This document shows positions 28,035 through 41,493 of a stretch of DNA of 64,000 nt, piece after piece; within the stretch, counting starts at the first letter, position 1; each line of letters begins with the position of its first letter. This DNA is from Octopus vulgaris. Its lineage: Eukaryota. Location: assembly GCA_951406725.2 (NCBI GenBank), contig OX597836.1:16368001-16432000 (forward strand), written 5' to 3'. The notes under the pieces are model-generated. The model worked only from the letters and a program-made list of their open reading frames with translations, made no database searches and was not told the origin of the DNA. The position numbers were made by a program, and so were the translations under genes.

Positions 28035-28562
28035 ACGGGCTTCTTTCAGTTTCCATCTACCAAATCCACGGACAAGGCTTTGGTCAGCTAGAGGTTATAT
28101 TAGAAGACACTTGCCCATAGTACCACGCAGTGGGACTGAACCAGAAACCATGTGGTTGGGAAGCAAGCTTCTTACCACACAGCCACTCCACACACACACA
28201 CACACACACACACACACCATGTCTCCAGGTTCATTTCCGCTGCGTGGCACCTTAGGAAAACTGTGTCCTACTATACCCTCGAGCCGACTAAATCTTCTGA
28301 GTGGATTCGGTAGACGGTAAACTGAAAGAAGCCCATCATATATTTATGTATATATATATATATATATATATATTATCTGTGTCAGGCATTAGAGTACGCC
28401 AATGCTGGGGCATATCTAAGAAATCTTAATCAAATGAATCGACCCCAGTGTGTTTTGGGTGGGGGGCACTCTACTTCTATCGGTCTCTTGCCAAACCGCT
28501 ATGTTACAGAGATGTAAACAAATCAACACTAGTTGTCAAGCGGTGGTGAGGGACAAACACAA

Positions 28563-28593
<31 letters not shown>

Positions 28594-29445
28594 TCTACGA
28601 CTGGTTACTTTCAGTTTCCGTTTGCCGAATCCACTCACAAAGCATTGGTCGGCCCTAAGGCCGTTGTAAAAGACACTTGCCCAAGTTGCCATGCAGTGGG
28701 ACTGAAACCGGAACCACATGGCTGGCAAAGCAAGACTCTTACCACACAGCCACGCTGTGGCTGCACCGTACGTATCTCACTGAACTAAGCTGTTATTTGG
28801 TTCTGGAATTATCCTTAACGCTAACATTAAAAACATACTTAAGTCTTACGAATAAATCCGCAACGTGGTTCTTAATCCTTCGCGCGTTTGACCTTCATCG
28901 AGAACCAGAGGAAACTTAGAGACATTAGCAGTGGATGTATGATTGTATGATTCTATCGTCTGACGGACACAAATATACAAAGTCACGCAGCCGCATGCGT
29001 GAGTGTACACGCGCTTGCATACGACAAGAGCATTGGTGCTTTTTTTTTTTTTATCGTGTTTCAGTCATTGGACTGCGGCCATGTTGTAGCACCAACCTGA
29101 ACGGTTTAGGCGACCAAATCTAACCCAGTACTTGTGTTTCTTTTCCTTTTTACGCCTGATACTTATTCCATCGATCTCTTTTTTTTTTTTGCCGAAATTC
29201 TATATTGTAGGGACATCAACAAACCAGCACTGGCTATCAAGTTGTGACAGAGAAAGAAACACACACACACACACACACATACATATACGTTGGGCTTCTT
29301 TCTGTTTTCGTCTTCCAGATCCACTCACAAGGCTTTAGTCGGCGCGAGGTTACAGCAGAAGACACTTGCCCATGGTGTCACAGTGTGGGTCTGAACCCGG
29401 AACCATGTGGTTAGGAAGCAAACTTTTTACCACACAGCCGCGCCT
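27699..29445. mobile_element. Cluster of four SINE C copies: 27699-28189(-), 28218-28340(+), 28378-28753(-), 29055-29445(-)
   Basis: Each shares family C blocks (cttctttcagtttcc, gacacttgccc, accatgtggtt) with varying decay. Confidence 0.87.
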
Positions 29446-29660
29446 GAGAGTAAGAGACAAACAGACAGACAGACAGAAATACGAACGCAGAAAACTCAGA
29501 AAAACAGGCGCGTTTTTCAAAAGTAGAAACGTGCGTCACGCATATCTGTCTTATATAAAGCTATGTGGGTGTCTGTACGTGGGTGTGAGTGCACACATGT
29601 GTAGATATGCATATATATGTGTATATACATATAGCTATGTATATATGTATGTGTGTGTAC

Positions 29661-29703
<43 letters not shown>

Positions 29704-29710
29704 CATATAC

Positions 29711-29741
<31 letters not shown>

Positions 29742-29746
29742 CATAC

Positions 29747-29822
<76 letters not shown>

Positions 29823-29874
29823 ATATATACACATATATCTAAATATATATATATATATATATATACATAAATAT

Positions 29875-29924
<50 letters not shown>

Positions 29925-30382
29925 GGTGTGTGTATATATATACATATAATTATATATAGCTTTGCTGTGTGTGTCTTGATAAGAGGAATGACGCTATAGC
30001 TAATGACAAATTTAGCAGTTTAACTCCCGAAATATACTTGTGAATTTGTGATAAGAGATGAACTGTGTTAACAAGGCGGCTGTGGTTCACAGGTTGTCAA
30101 AAATACGGCAACATCCCATCCAAGCCCTATCCTACAACGATAGAGGTATGCGCCGTGATAGCAGGTGATGACGAACGATGATTGTTGCAATGTAAAGCTA
30201 TCTTGCAACACCGGCAACGGCTGCACGTTATAATGTGTATTATGTGTGTAGCATGTTGTGTAGTTGGGGAGTATAGTATTTGTGCATGTGTGTATATATC
30301 GAACACATACACTCGATTTTTGCACGCTTGCTTGTTCGCCTGTAAGCTGCGATTTGAGTGCGTGTGTTCGATAATTTTTACA

Positions 30383-30416
<34 letters not shown>

Positions 30417-30417
30417 C

Positions 30418-30474
30418 ACACACTTTCTGTGCCCTATCAGTACTGTCAATACTGATAGGGCACAGAAAGTGTGT
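30418..30474. repeat. Perfect 25-bp inverted repeat with 7-nt loop
   Basis: ACACACTTTCTGTGCCCTATCAGTA ctgtcaa TACTGATAGGGCACAGAAAGTGTGT. Confidence 0.95.
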
Positions 30475-30618
30475 CTATAGCCAGCTGGAGGAGGTGTCTT
30501 CCTGGGGCTACAAACTACAGTAGCATCCACCCTTAGGGGTTAGCCATATTCAAATGGCAAATATACGTCACAATGTGTTGCCGCTACTGTTTATAACTCG
30601 CTCTGAGATTTATCATTG

Positions 30619-30668
<50 letters not shown>

Positions 30669-30998
30669 CAAAGTGGAGTTGTAGGGTACCGCACGAGTGG
30701 AATTATATACGAAACATGGTTTGAAAATGCAATTTTAAAAGATGTTTATTTACTTTACCGGTTTCACTCTTTGGAAAAAGATTGTAAAAAAGTAACAAAA
30801 GTAACATGTAGAAGTTTGGTTGCGTTAATTATTGGTTGTTACAAAATGCTACATTACATATATACAGTCTATAGTAACAAGGACATGCTAAGGACATAAA
30901 AAAGTTTAACAAGTTCCTTAAAATATTGGGCACAAAAGATTACAACATAAATATACATTCTCAAGAACATGTTAAAGATAGTTTCCAGAAGGAATTAT

Positions 30999-31083
<85 letters not shown>

Positions 31084-31370
31084 TGACTGGGAACGGTAGT
31101 ACCTGTCAGAGTCCTATGTGTTAAATAGATTTTCATAAGGATACATTGGGCTCCTTAGCTGCGATGAAAACAATCAATCTAGGACATTGGTTCTCAACAG
31201 GGGTCCAATGGCCTTTAGGGGTCCATATAAGATTTTGTTGTTTAAATTTTTATGTGCAATAACCAGGTTATACTTCTACAGTACACGAAGGGTGCTGAAA
31301 AGTTCCTGGTTTCGGGTAAGTTACGGGGATGTAAACACACCAACATCAGTTATCCAACGATGGTGAAGGA

Positions 31371-31412
<42 letters not shown>

Positions 31413-31639
31413 TATATATATATATATATATACGAGCAAAACGCTCACCGTCCAATGGACGGTACTGAGTTGTCAAACATTTGAACCAAATTTTCTCAAA
31501 CAACTTGTCCGACCGTCCCATAGGCCTTCCCTGTGAGAAACACTGATTTAACCAAAATTTGAGACACCAGCAAAAGAAGAAATAAAGATAGACTTTTTTC
31601 TATTCCAAAGAAAAACGATTTTATTCACACAATTATGCA

Positions 31640-31886
31640 GCCTAAGAGTTTAAATTACCAGTAAGTACATCGCAACAGCTGATGTACTTGCGCGTACAAA
31701 TGCACATTCCCACGGCTTTATCGATCGCATTCTCACCTGGAATCGATTTTTGTAATTTTTTCAAGACTTATACACGCCCTGATACCGTCAGTATCTACAT
31801 ATCATATTCGAGCGCAATCGGATGGAGGATGCCCGAGATCCTAGAAGACAAACACATAGACAGACGGAACGGATTTTATATAAGAG

Positions 31887-31887
<1 letters not shown>
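31640..31887 (-). mobile_element. Possible Helitron 5' fragment
   Basis: Minus begins TCTCTTATATAAAA..GTCTGTC like the two Helitrons below; no 3' hairpin-CTAG found. Confidence 0.4.
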
Positions 31888-31934
<47 letters not shown>

Positions 31935-32284
31935 GCACACACATAGGCGCACGTACGCGCACACATACACACACATACAAGACAACATTGTTTCGTGTTG
32001 CTTAAATTCCAATGAAAGAATCTTGTTTCTAGGTTAGAAACCGGTTCTTTCTCCACTCGTGAGAAATTTTAAAAACGATAAAACTGAAAGCAAACGTGCA
32101 TACATAAACACACATACATGCATATAAACATACATATATACCTGTGCACATACATACGTATAGATACATTACATACATACATACATACCTATCTTAGCAT
32201 TTTCTTTTCATACATTAATATTTTACTTAACTGTAAAGCATCCACCCACGCCTCTCTTTCTCTCTCTTTCTCTCTCTCTGTCTG

Positions 32285-32335
<51 letters not shown>

Positions 32336-33676
32336 ATATATATATCTATCTGTCTCTCTCTCTCTCATCTTTCTGTCATTCCCTTCACCATGATGCCCAC
32401 ACTACAGTCAGACGTGTAAAGCGATATTGACAGACAGAAAGCACAGGAAAAAAAATGAACAAAACAGCCGATACATGCTTCTTCCAATTGAACTGTTGCT
32501 ATTTTCTTAAACATTTACTCATTTTTTTTCTTTGACTTTCGGATCCATTAAGCCGTCACCCCAGAGGAATATAAATCAGTCAAAATGTTTGCTCTTAGAC
32601 GACACTTAAAACCGAGACAAAACTACAATATACTGCTTCTTTGCACATCACCGACGCCATTGCTGGTCGAAGCTGGGGAAGACGGTAATGATGGCGGCGA
32701 ATTGCGTCTTTACGCATTTTACGCACTTCTCCTTCTGTTCATTTTATTTAACAACTTAACAAAATATAATATCATCAAACCTGGCCTCCGCCCACGTGTT
32801 TCAATACAGACAGACATTAAAAAAAAATTGAAAACAAGATGACGGTGACGGTGGCGGTGACGACGGCGGCGGCAGAGGTGGCAACGACAACGGCCACAAC
32901 TATTACCGCACCTCACCCCACCCCTACTTCACCACCTCCATTACCACTATCGCAAGGGCGACGATGACAACGTCGTCGGAGAACCGAGGTTGAGGGGTGC
33001 CGAGGAGGAAGATGGCAGTTTATTGCGGTGGTGCTGGAAACCGTGGGTGTGATGTTTCCTTGATGTTGTTGCTGTTGTTGTTTTCTTGTGTTCATTTACG
33101 TTTGTGACAAGTAGCTATAGTTGGTGGTGGTGGTGGTGGTGGTGGCGGCGGCGGCGGCGGCGGTGGTGGTGGTAGTGGTGGAAATAAATGTGAAGAAGGC
33201 ATCATTCTTTAGATTTTGAGTTCAACTCTCGGTGACGGCCGACAACTCCCGCTGCATCCCTTGAGGCTCCGTGAACAGCAGTTATAATACGTTAAGTAGG
33301 GGGAGGTGTTTTGTTAGTGAAACTGGGTAGACGGGTGGATTGCATTGGTAATTCAAAATGTTGATAGCGTTGTTAGGTTGTGTTCAGCTTAGGAATTGCG
33401 TTAAAGGATACGTGTGTCTGTGGATTAATCAACCGTTTCCATCTGAGACGGTAATTTGAAGAGTAAGTAGTTTAGTTGGACTGAATAACTAGATTATCAA
33501 CGAATAACAAAATGGTTTAGTAGAACAACTAAATGAACAACGATGACCCACGCACATACCACACGCACACACACACCACATACACACACCACACACACAC
33601 ATACACACCACTCACACACTTTATAGACAGAGAGAAATAAAGATAGATAGAGAGATAGACAGACAGACAGACAGAC

Positions 33677-33753
<77 letters not shown>

Positions 33754-33768
33754 TATAGATAGATAGAC

Positions 33769-33853
<85 letters not shown>

Positions 33854-33882
33854 CAGAGACAGACAGACAGATATATATATAT

Positions 33883-33934
<52 letters not shown>

Positions 33935-34163
33935 GCATACACAGACAAGCAGGTAGAAAGATAGACAGACAAGCTGGCAGACAGACAAGCTGGCAGACAG
34001 GCAGGCAGATAGATACATACGTACGTACATACATACATACATACATACCTACCTACCTACCTACATACATACATACATACATACATACATACAAACAAAC
34101 ATACATACATACATACATACATACATACATACATACATACATACATACATACATACATACATG

Positions 34164-34500
34164 GCGTAGGCATGCTTAAGAAGTTTGCATCCCAGCAATG
34201 TAGCCATGGGTTCAGTCTCAGCGCGCGGCACTCAGGATAAGGTGTCTTCTACTATAACTCCGGACCGACCCAAACCTTGTGAGTGGATTTGGTTGGCGGA
34301 AACTGAAAGAAGTCTTTTTGTTTGTCTTCCACCACCGCTTGACAACTAATATTGGTTTGTTTACGTCCCTGTAGCAGGTTCGGCAAAAAAGGGGTGAAAG
34401 CTGACAGAATTAGTGCTAGGGTTTAAAAAACAAGTACTTGAGGTGATTCCTTGGACTAACCCCTTCACGACGACCCATCAGCATGGCCGCAGAAATAAAA
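34164..34500 (+). mobile_element. Diverged SINE family C
   Basis: GGTTCAGTC, CCTTGTGAGTGGATTTGG, GGAAACTGAAAGAAG, CAGCATGGCCGCAG blocks. Confidence 0.82.
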
Positions 34501-34553
34501 GGTAAAAACGTGTGTATATATGCGTGTGCATGTGTGTGTGTGCGCGTGTGTGT

Positions 34554-34621
<68 letters not shown>

Positions 34622-34684
34622 AATAAAATGAGACAACAAAGCCAAGGTTGTGGAATTTATAGGACATTTATAAAGAGAAAGGTA

Positions 34685-34732
34685 ACCTTACAGCTGTTTC
34701 TGGGATATTAGGGACATCCCTTCATCACAGAC
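34685..34732 (-). ncRNA. Hammerhead motif with G3 substitution
   Basis: Minus: GUCU GUGAUGA A GGGAUG-UCCCUAA-UAUCCC A GAAA CAGCUG UA AGGU; palindromic CAGCUG. Confidence 0.65.
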
Positions 34733-34859
34733 GATATGATAGAGTTAACTAGAGGGAAATAGTAGAGACCAATATAAGGAGTTATTTTGGAAAAGGGTGG
34801 ATATCGGAAGTATAAAGGGAATTAAAAGAATAAAAATAAATACATATATGTATATAAGT

Positions 34860-35110
34860 GAAGGCGCGTGGCTTAGTGGTTAGGGTGTCAGCATCATGAT
34901 CGTAAGATTGTGGTTTCGATTCCTGGACCGGGCGACGCGTTGTGTTCTTGAACAAAACACTTTATTTCACGTTTCTCCAGTCCACTCAGCTGGCAAAAAT
35001 GAGTAACGCTGAGATGGACTGGAGTCCCATCCAGCTGGGGAACACATACGCCTTTGAAACCGGGAAATCGGGCCCCATGAGTCTGGCTAGGCTTTAAAAT
35101 GGTGCATTTA
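34860..35110 (+). mobile_element. SINE family A2 variant, apparently full length
   Basis: tRNA-like head; its 3' 80 bp recurs inverted at 35319-35398. Confidence 0.87.
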
Positions 35111-35929
35111 TTTTTTATGTATATATAGATTTTGGTTTCCAAGTGACTTCAATGCCATGGTTCAGTAGTAAAATTCCATTTCTTTTTTTATTGATTATGA
35201 TGTTTTTGCAATACAAATTGTTAGATATAGTACTATTATTAATAATGCTAATAAATTTTTGGAAAGAATGAATAAACTGTTAAGACTTTTAGTTAAATAA
35301 GGGTATAAAATAAAAATATAAATGCGCCCTTTTAAAGCCTAGCCAGGCTCATGGGCCCGGTTTCCCGGTTTCAATGGCGTATGTGTTCCCCAGCTGGACG
35401 AACGAAGAACCACATAGTTGCGCTGACAAACTTCTTAAGGAGACGGTCAAACCTTTCCCAGTCTGAGACCGGGGTTTTCAAATCTCATTGCTACATCAAT
35501 GTTTCCAGCGGTTCCTGGAAAATTATCAAACTAGTAAGAATAAACACGTCTACCTACGTTTGGGCCACCAAGGGAACAAACAGGTTTCGATTGTTAAATA
35601 CCAAATTCTTTAGGTCCTTTTGGCGATGATGGTAATCGGTCTTCTGATCGGACCAATGACGTTTCCATTGGTTTTCTTAGTTGCTGTTATTGTTTCTCGG
35701 TCGCAGCTTCTGGCATAAGTGTCAACGTCTTCTGGTGACGGATGGAATTTGAACTCAGAATACCGATAGATACATAAGCATTTAAATCATGGTCACTAGT
35801 CTTTTTTGCTTTGTTGTTTTTATTTTTCATTGTCGTCAAGCCAATCTATATAAATTAACCAATGTACCCTCACCATCTCCTTCTTTCCAGATGCTACAAA
35901 GTGAAAGAAATTTTGGCTCGTATTTCTAA

Positions 35930-36323
35930 CTAGCAGTATCGCCCGGCGTTACTCGGGTTTGTTTCGACCCTTTAGAATTGGAATTTTTGAAAAGTAAAAA
36001 TTTTGCATTATGTAGCTTGTTATTCTCTTTAAGTGAACATTTTTCTGGTTGAAATACACCGAAAAATGACGGCACAGCAGTCAAAAAATCGTAAAAAGTA
36101 AGGATTTTCATAGAAAAAAAAGCACCTTTTTGATGTAAATAATTTTTGGTGTTAACATGGTCCGATTTGAATTTTTTTTCTACGGAAGGAAGAGCAAGCC
36201 TTCTTCTTTCATACTCTCAATTTTGGTCAACTTGTGCCGCAGGGTCTCGGAGGAGATAGTGTTAGTTGAAGGCTACCAAACCTGCCATAAACAGACAACT
36301 TCTGCTTTATATATATATATAGA
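35930..36323 (-). mobile_element. Non-autonomous Helitron
   Basis: Minus: 5' TC.., 3' hairpin CCCG-AGTAACGC-CGGG then CGATACTG-CTAG; inserted between A and T with no TSD. Confidence 0.85.
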
Positions 36324-36931
36324 TCATAAAGTCCCAAAAATCACGCAATGGCTTTCTTCGTCATCTCGTTGCGCAACCAGGATGCATTCAATCGGTTACC
36401 GACACGTTTTGATGACGACTCCCTCCATCCCCACTAGTCTCTACCTCTCTCTTTCTCTCTCAGTTTTCCACCCTCCATCATGATTCACCAGTAAATTAAA
36501 CATCACCAAAAGCAATGTTTACACACAGTCGACAACTAGTCACACAGATACACGTTCATAACGTCCGGTCTTCTATATTAAAATACCCAGAAATACCAAC
36601 TCTCTGTTAAGCAAAATACTCGGAACGAATTCTTGTACTTTCGGCGTGACATCATCAGCATCTGACCAATGGCATTTTGACACGTCATTTAGGTCCGGCG
36701 GATCCTTGTTTACCCACTGTATCATTTCCGATTTTTTCGTATTTTTTTCCACAAACATGGGCTTTTTTCTTTCATTTTGAGTTGGTAATTTTTTCTTTGT
36801 GTGTGTGTGTGTAGGGGTCATACAAAATCTTGAAATATTCCTTCATAAGATTATACCAGTGTGTGTATTTGTGCATTTCTTAGTCTTATGTGTGTGCGTG
36901 CTTATTTTGTGTTTCTATAAGGTTACAGAAA

Positions 36932-37003
<72 letters not shown>

Positions 37004-37266
37004 TGTGTGTGTGTGCGTACATGAATGAATGTGTGCGCATATGCATATGCGCCGGTATGTAGGTTTCTATGTGAATGAATGTGGGTGCACATGAATGCAA
37101 GGTATATGTGTAGTTATGTGCGTGTCTGTGTATGTATATGTGTGTGTATGTGTGTGGGGGTGAATGGGCGGTGTGCGTGTGTATATAAATAAGTTCACAT
37201 ATTTAGGTGTACATGAATTCATGTGCATGTATGCAGATATGAATACGTGTTTATGAGTGCATTATG

Positions 37267-37297
<31 letters not shown>

Positions 37298-37440
37298 GTG
37301 TATGTAAGCATTTATATATCTGCATGTGCGTATGTATGTGCATATGCACAAACAGATGTACGTATGCGTATCATGCATGTATATATATATATTTATATAC
37401 ATATATGTATATATGTATATATGTATATGTATGTGCGATG

Positions 37441-37504
<64 letters not shown>

Positions 37505-37766
37505 CATACATACATACATACATACATACATACATACATACATACATCATATACACGTATATATGAGCATGGTATATGCATGTATATACGTGTTTGTGTA
37601 TATATGTGTGTGTATGTACATCAATCCCCCTCCCACACAGCTGCCACCGCTATCTTTCACAAATGTCCACCCTAACCGCAAGTGTTACTCTCCCATGTCA
37701 CAATTTACACGCCCAATTCACACACCAACTCTATCTACGCCTGTTTATATGTGCCTCAACCTACTC

Positions 37767-37851
<85 letters not shown>

Positions 37852-37876
37852 ATGTATATATATATATATATATATA

Positions 37877-38272
37877 CTAGCAGTATCGCCCGGCGTTGCT
37901 CGGGTTTGTAAGGGAAATAACTATATAAGCATTTTTAGAGAAGTAAAGTATAATAGCCATCTCAATATGGCTAACCACAAAGGGGGTGGTGTCACTGTAG
38001 CTTTTTACGTTCTGAGATTTAATAATAAATTTTTAGCGAGTTACTTCCTTTATATATGCCAAAAATGCATTAAAAATGGGAAAAATTGATGGTAAATTTT
38101 TTTTTAAATGTAGACTCATCGTAGACGCGCGCTAATACCCAGAAGGGCTCGATATGAATCACGACTATAAGATACCCGGTTTTGGTTAAACTGCACCGCA
38201 AAATGTGGGAGTAGTTAGGAACCTAAATCGTAGGATACAGACAGCACACAACCTCTCTTTTATATATAAAGA
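37877..38272 (-). mobile_element. Non-autonomous Helitron, second subfamily
   Basis: Same 3' ~33 bp (hairpin plus CTAG), 5' TCTTTATATATAAAA, A|T target, different interior. Confidence 0.85.
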
Positions 38273-38614
38273 TATATATATACGTGTTTATATATACGTA
38301 TGTATATGTGTATATGCACATATATACACATATATGTACACACACACGCACATGTGTGTGTGAGTGTGTTTGAAACACGCACACACATAATCACTGACAT
38401 AAATCTCGGTTGATTAGTTGGTTGATGATTGACTGATTTCTCCAATGGCGCTTACATCATATAGAAACGGGTGGAGAGAGAGAGAGGGGGAGTAAAAGAC
38501 AGATACAGAAAGAGAGAGTTCACGGAAGAGTTGCAGGATTTGTGCAATTACTAGGCTTGTTGGCACGCAATGAGTAGATTACGATTCTGTTGATAAAAGG
38601 TAGAAAAATAACGA

Positions 38615-38821
38615 TTTCAAATTTTGGCACAAGGCCAGCAATTTCGGGGTGCCAGATAAGTCGATTACGTCGACCTCAGCACTCAACTGGTTCTTATTTT
38701 ATCGACCCCGAAAGGATGAAAGGCAAAGTCGACCTCGGCGGAATTTGAACTCAGAACATGAAGACGGACGAAATGCAGCCAAGCATTTCGCCAGGCGTAC
38801 TAACGATTCTGCCAGCTCACC
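38615..38821 (-). mobile_element. SINE family B2
   Basis: Family B core with TTGCTGGCCTTGTGCCAAAATTTGAAA tail. Confidence 0.88.
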
Positions 38822-38914
38822 ATATGAAAGTGAGGAAATTGTTTTATTTAATTTTAATTTAATGTAATAATTATTATTTATTTCATCATTGCTTTTATCA
38901 TGTATAAGCAGCCA

Positions 38915-39307
38915 GTGGAGGCGCAATGGCCCAGTGGTTAGGGCAGCGGACTCGCGGTCATAGGATCGCGGTTTCGATTCCCAGACCGGGCGCTGTGAGT
39001 GTTTATTGAGCGAAAACACCTAAAGCGCCACGAGGCTCCGGCAGGGGATGGTGGTGTTCCCTGCTGTACTCTTTCACCACAACTTTCTCTCACTCTTACT
39101 TCCTGTTTCTGTTGTACCTGTATTTCAAAGGGCCGGCCTTGTCACTCTCTGTGTCACGCTGAATATCCCTGAGAACTACGTTAAAAGGGTACACGTGTCT
39201 GTGGAGTGCTCAGCCACTTACACGTTAATTTCACGAGCAGGCTGTTCCGTTGATTCGGATCAACTGGAACCCTCATCGTCGTTGCCGACGGAGTGCTTCC
39301 ATTCCAT

Positions 39308-39310
<3 letters not shown>
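38915..39310 (+). mobile_element. SINE family A, full length
   Basis: Near-identical to 3549-3938; short (TCCA)n tail. Confidence 0.93.
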
Positions 39311-39366
<56 letters not shown>

Positions 39367-39576
39367 GTTAGAGCGTCGAGCTGACGATCGTGAGTTTGTG
39401 AGTTCGATTCCAGGACCGTGCTGCGTGTTGTGATCCTAAATATGGCGGATACTGTGAGGTTTGCAGAACAAGGGCACTGTGGTCTTCATGCTGTGCGTAA
39501 GCGGGAAGTGTTTTAGCAACGACCAAACTGTCTTTTATTAAGGCACAGTGAACGTGGAACTACATTATCCAGTATA

Positions 39577-40123
39577 TTGGGTTGTTCGGAAAGTTCGTGC
39601 CGATTTATAGTAGCTTACCTTTCGACTTATTTTAGAACATGCTTGAGTCCATAAAATAGGATTTAGAGCACAGTTTAAGCTATTTTTTCGTGGAAGAAGG
39701 TTTATGTTCCTATAACCTGTGTTAATTCTGTAACCCTTTAAAATGGAAGATAAAGTTCAATTTCAGCACTTGATGCTTTGGGAACCAGAGAAAAATTGCT
39801 GCAGCTCGGCTGGGATGTGTTACCCCACCATCCATATTCACCAGATATTGCTCCTTCGGATTTCCACTTATTCAGGTCTCTGCAGGATAGTCTTAGTGGT
39901 AAAAATTTCAATTCCTTGGCTGACATAAAAAGATACCTTGATGAATTCTTTGCCATGAAACCACCTCAATTCTGGGAAGAAGGTATTTTCAAGTTAAAGG
40001 AAAGATGGAGACGCATTGTGCAACAAAATGGTTCATATTTGGTTGATTAAAAGTGTAATGGCAAGTATTTATTGACCTTTTTCTTTCCTTTAAAAATCGG
40101 CACGAACTTTCCAGACAACCCAA
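39577..40123 (+). mobile_element. Internally deleted mariner (DD34D type) with both TIRs and TA duplication
   Basis: TIR TTGGGTTGTTCGGAAAGTTCGTGCCGATTT / AAATCGGCACGAACTTTCCAGACAACCCAA; ORF 39778..40050 WDVLPHHPYSPDIAPSDFHLFRSLQ. Confidence 0.93.
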
Positions 40124-40570
40124 TATCATTCGTGTTTTACAGGACATTAGCAGGTGTCCCTTGAAGATCTAGCTGCTATTTCTTGCGCAACAAGTGTTGT
40201 GTGTGTGAATCTATTTGGGCAAGTATGTGCATACGAGTGCATTGCGGAATGGTGCGGACTAACCATTATTATGCTCACCGGACAAAATGCTTTGCGGCAT
40301 TTCGTTCGTCATTAGGTTATGGGTTCAAATTCCACTGAGGTCGACTTTGCCTTTCATTCCTTTCAGGGACGATAATATAAGTACCAGGTGAATCCTGGGG
40401 TCAATCTAATCGACTTGAGAAGAGCTGCTAGTATTTGTTTCCTGCCGCGATGTGGACTCATCAGGTACCTCATTTGTACACGTGCGTGTGTGTATGTGTG
40501 TGTATGTGTGCGTTGGTGTGTGTGCATGTGTGTGTGCGTGTATGTGTGCGTGTGTGTATTTATATATATG

Positions 40571-40624
<54 letters not shown>

Positions 40625-40659
40625 TATACACATACATACATATATATATATATATACAT

Positions 40660-40697
<38 letters not shown>

Positions 40698-40888
40698 CAT
40701 AGAAACATTAATTTAACAGATAGTTCATTATATAATTACTTCGAACATCTGTTTCATTAGGGATAAACATCGTTAATTCCATAATTATGCAATTAAGATT
40801 CATAATTAATTAATACGAATTGACTCAAATTAAACACATTTAAAGCTATGTTTATCCCAAATCATCAGGGGTATTATCTGCTGGGTAT

Positions 40889-40997
40889 GTGAGTGTGTGT
40901 GTCTGAGTGTGAGTGTGTGTGTCTGAGTGTGAGTGTGTGTGTCTGAGTGTGAGTGTGTGTGTCTGAGTGTGAGTGTGTGTGTCTGAGTGTGAGTGTG
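40889..40997. repeat. 20-bp minisatellite GTGAGTGTGTGTGTCTGAGT, about 5 copies
   Basis: Direct. Confidence 0.92.
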
Positions 40998-41355
40998 CAT
41001 GCGCGAGCGTGTTTGTGTGCGTGCGTGTGTTCATGCGCATAGATAGAAGGATAGATAAATAAATAGATGCAGTGATTATGCTATCGAATTGGCAGTTTTA
41101 TTAGAGCATCGAGTAGAATTCTTGCGTTATTTGCTCCGCCAGTCTCCGCTCGCTCTACGTTCAAATTTTGCTTTTCGTCCTTTGAGGGGACTCAATAAAT
41201 AAATAGTGCCACGAGTGATGGGCTGGCGACACTATTGGAGCAACGGACAGCTTGCCTCACCTAACATATCTCTCCTAATTTTTTACGTTATGGCTGTAAC
41301 TCCTGCGAGGACACTGGAACCGGACTGTATCGGCCTTTGATCTTCATCGGTAGGG

Positions 41356-41493
41356 GACTTTGTCTTTCATCCTTTCGGGGTCGATAAATTAAGTACCAGT
41401 TACTCACTGGGGTCGATATAATCGACTTAATCCGTTTGTCTGTCCTTGTTTGTCTTCTCTGTGTTTAGCCCCTTGTGGGTAATAAAGAAATAG
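41356..41493 (+). mobile_element. 5'-truncated SINE family B
   Basis: Matches the 3' three quarters of the 184-bp unit. Confidence 0.88.

Noticed and set aside
31185-31316. hAT-like and mariner-like terminal fragments
   Set aside because: Single short ends without partner TIRs; too little to call.
32005-32051. Hammerhead-like CCAAUGA..stem..GAAA CCGG UU
   Set aside because: Stem II and the palindrome are present, but G5 is absent and stem I does not pair.
32569-32842. TATAAA plus TCAGT followed by an 85-aa ORF
   Set aside because: TATA and initiator are adjacent rather than about 30 bp apart, and the ORF has no recognisable motif.
36625-36665. Hammerhead-like CUGAUGA..GAAA GUAC on the minus strand
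   Set aside because: Weak stem II, no UH triplet, no stem I.
39436-39520. YY1/ETS-like promoter motifs
   Set aside because: Short motifs wedged between transposons; no downstream gene evidence.
40430-40470. Hammerhead-like CUGAUGAGUCC..GAAA on the minus strand
   Set aside because: Stems I and II do not close properly and stem III is not palindromic; at best a relic.
41320-41355. Hammerhead-like CCGAUGA..GAUA CAG UC on the minus strand
   Set aside because: Several core and stem mismatches; needs a family consensus.
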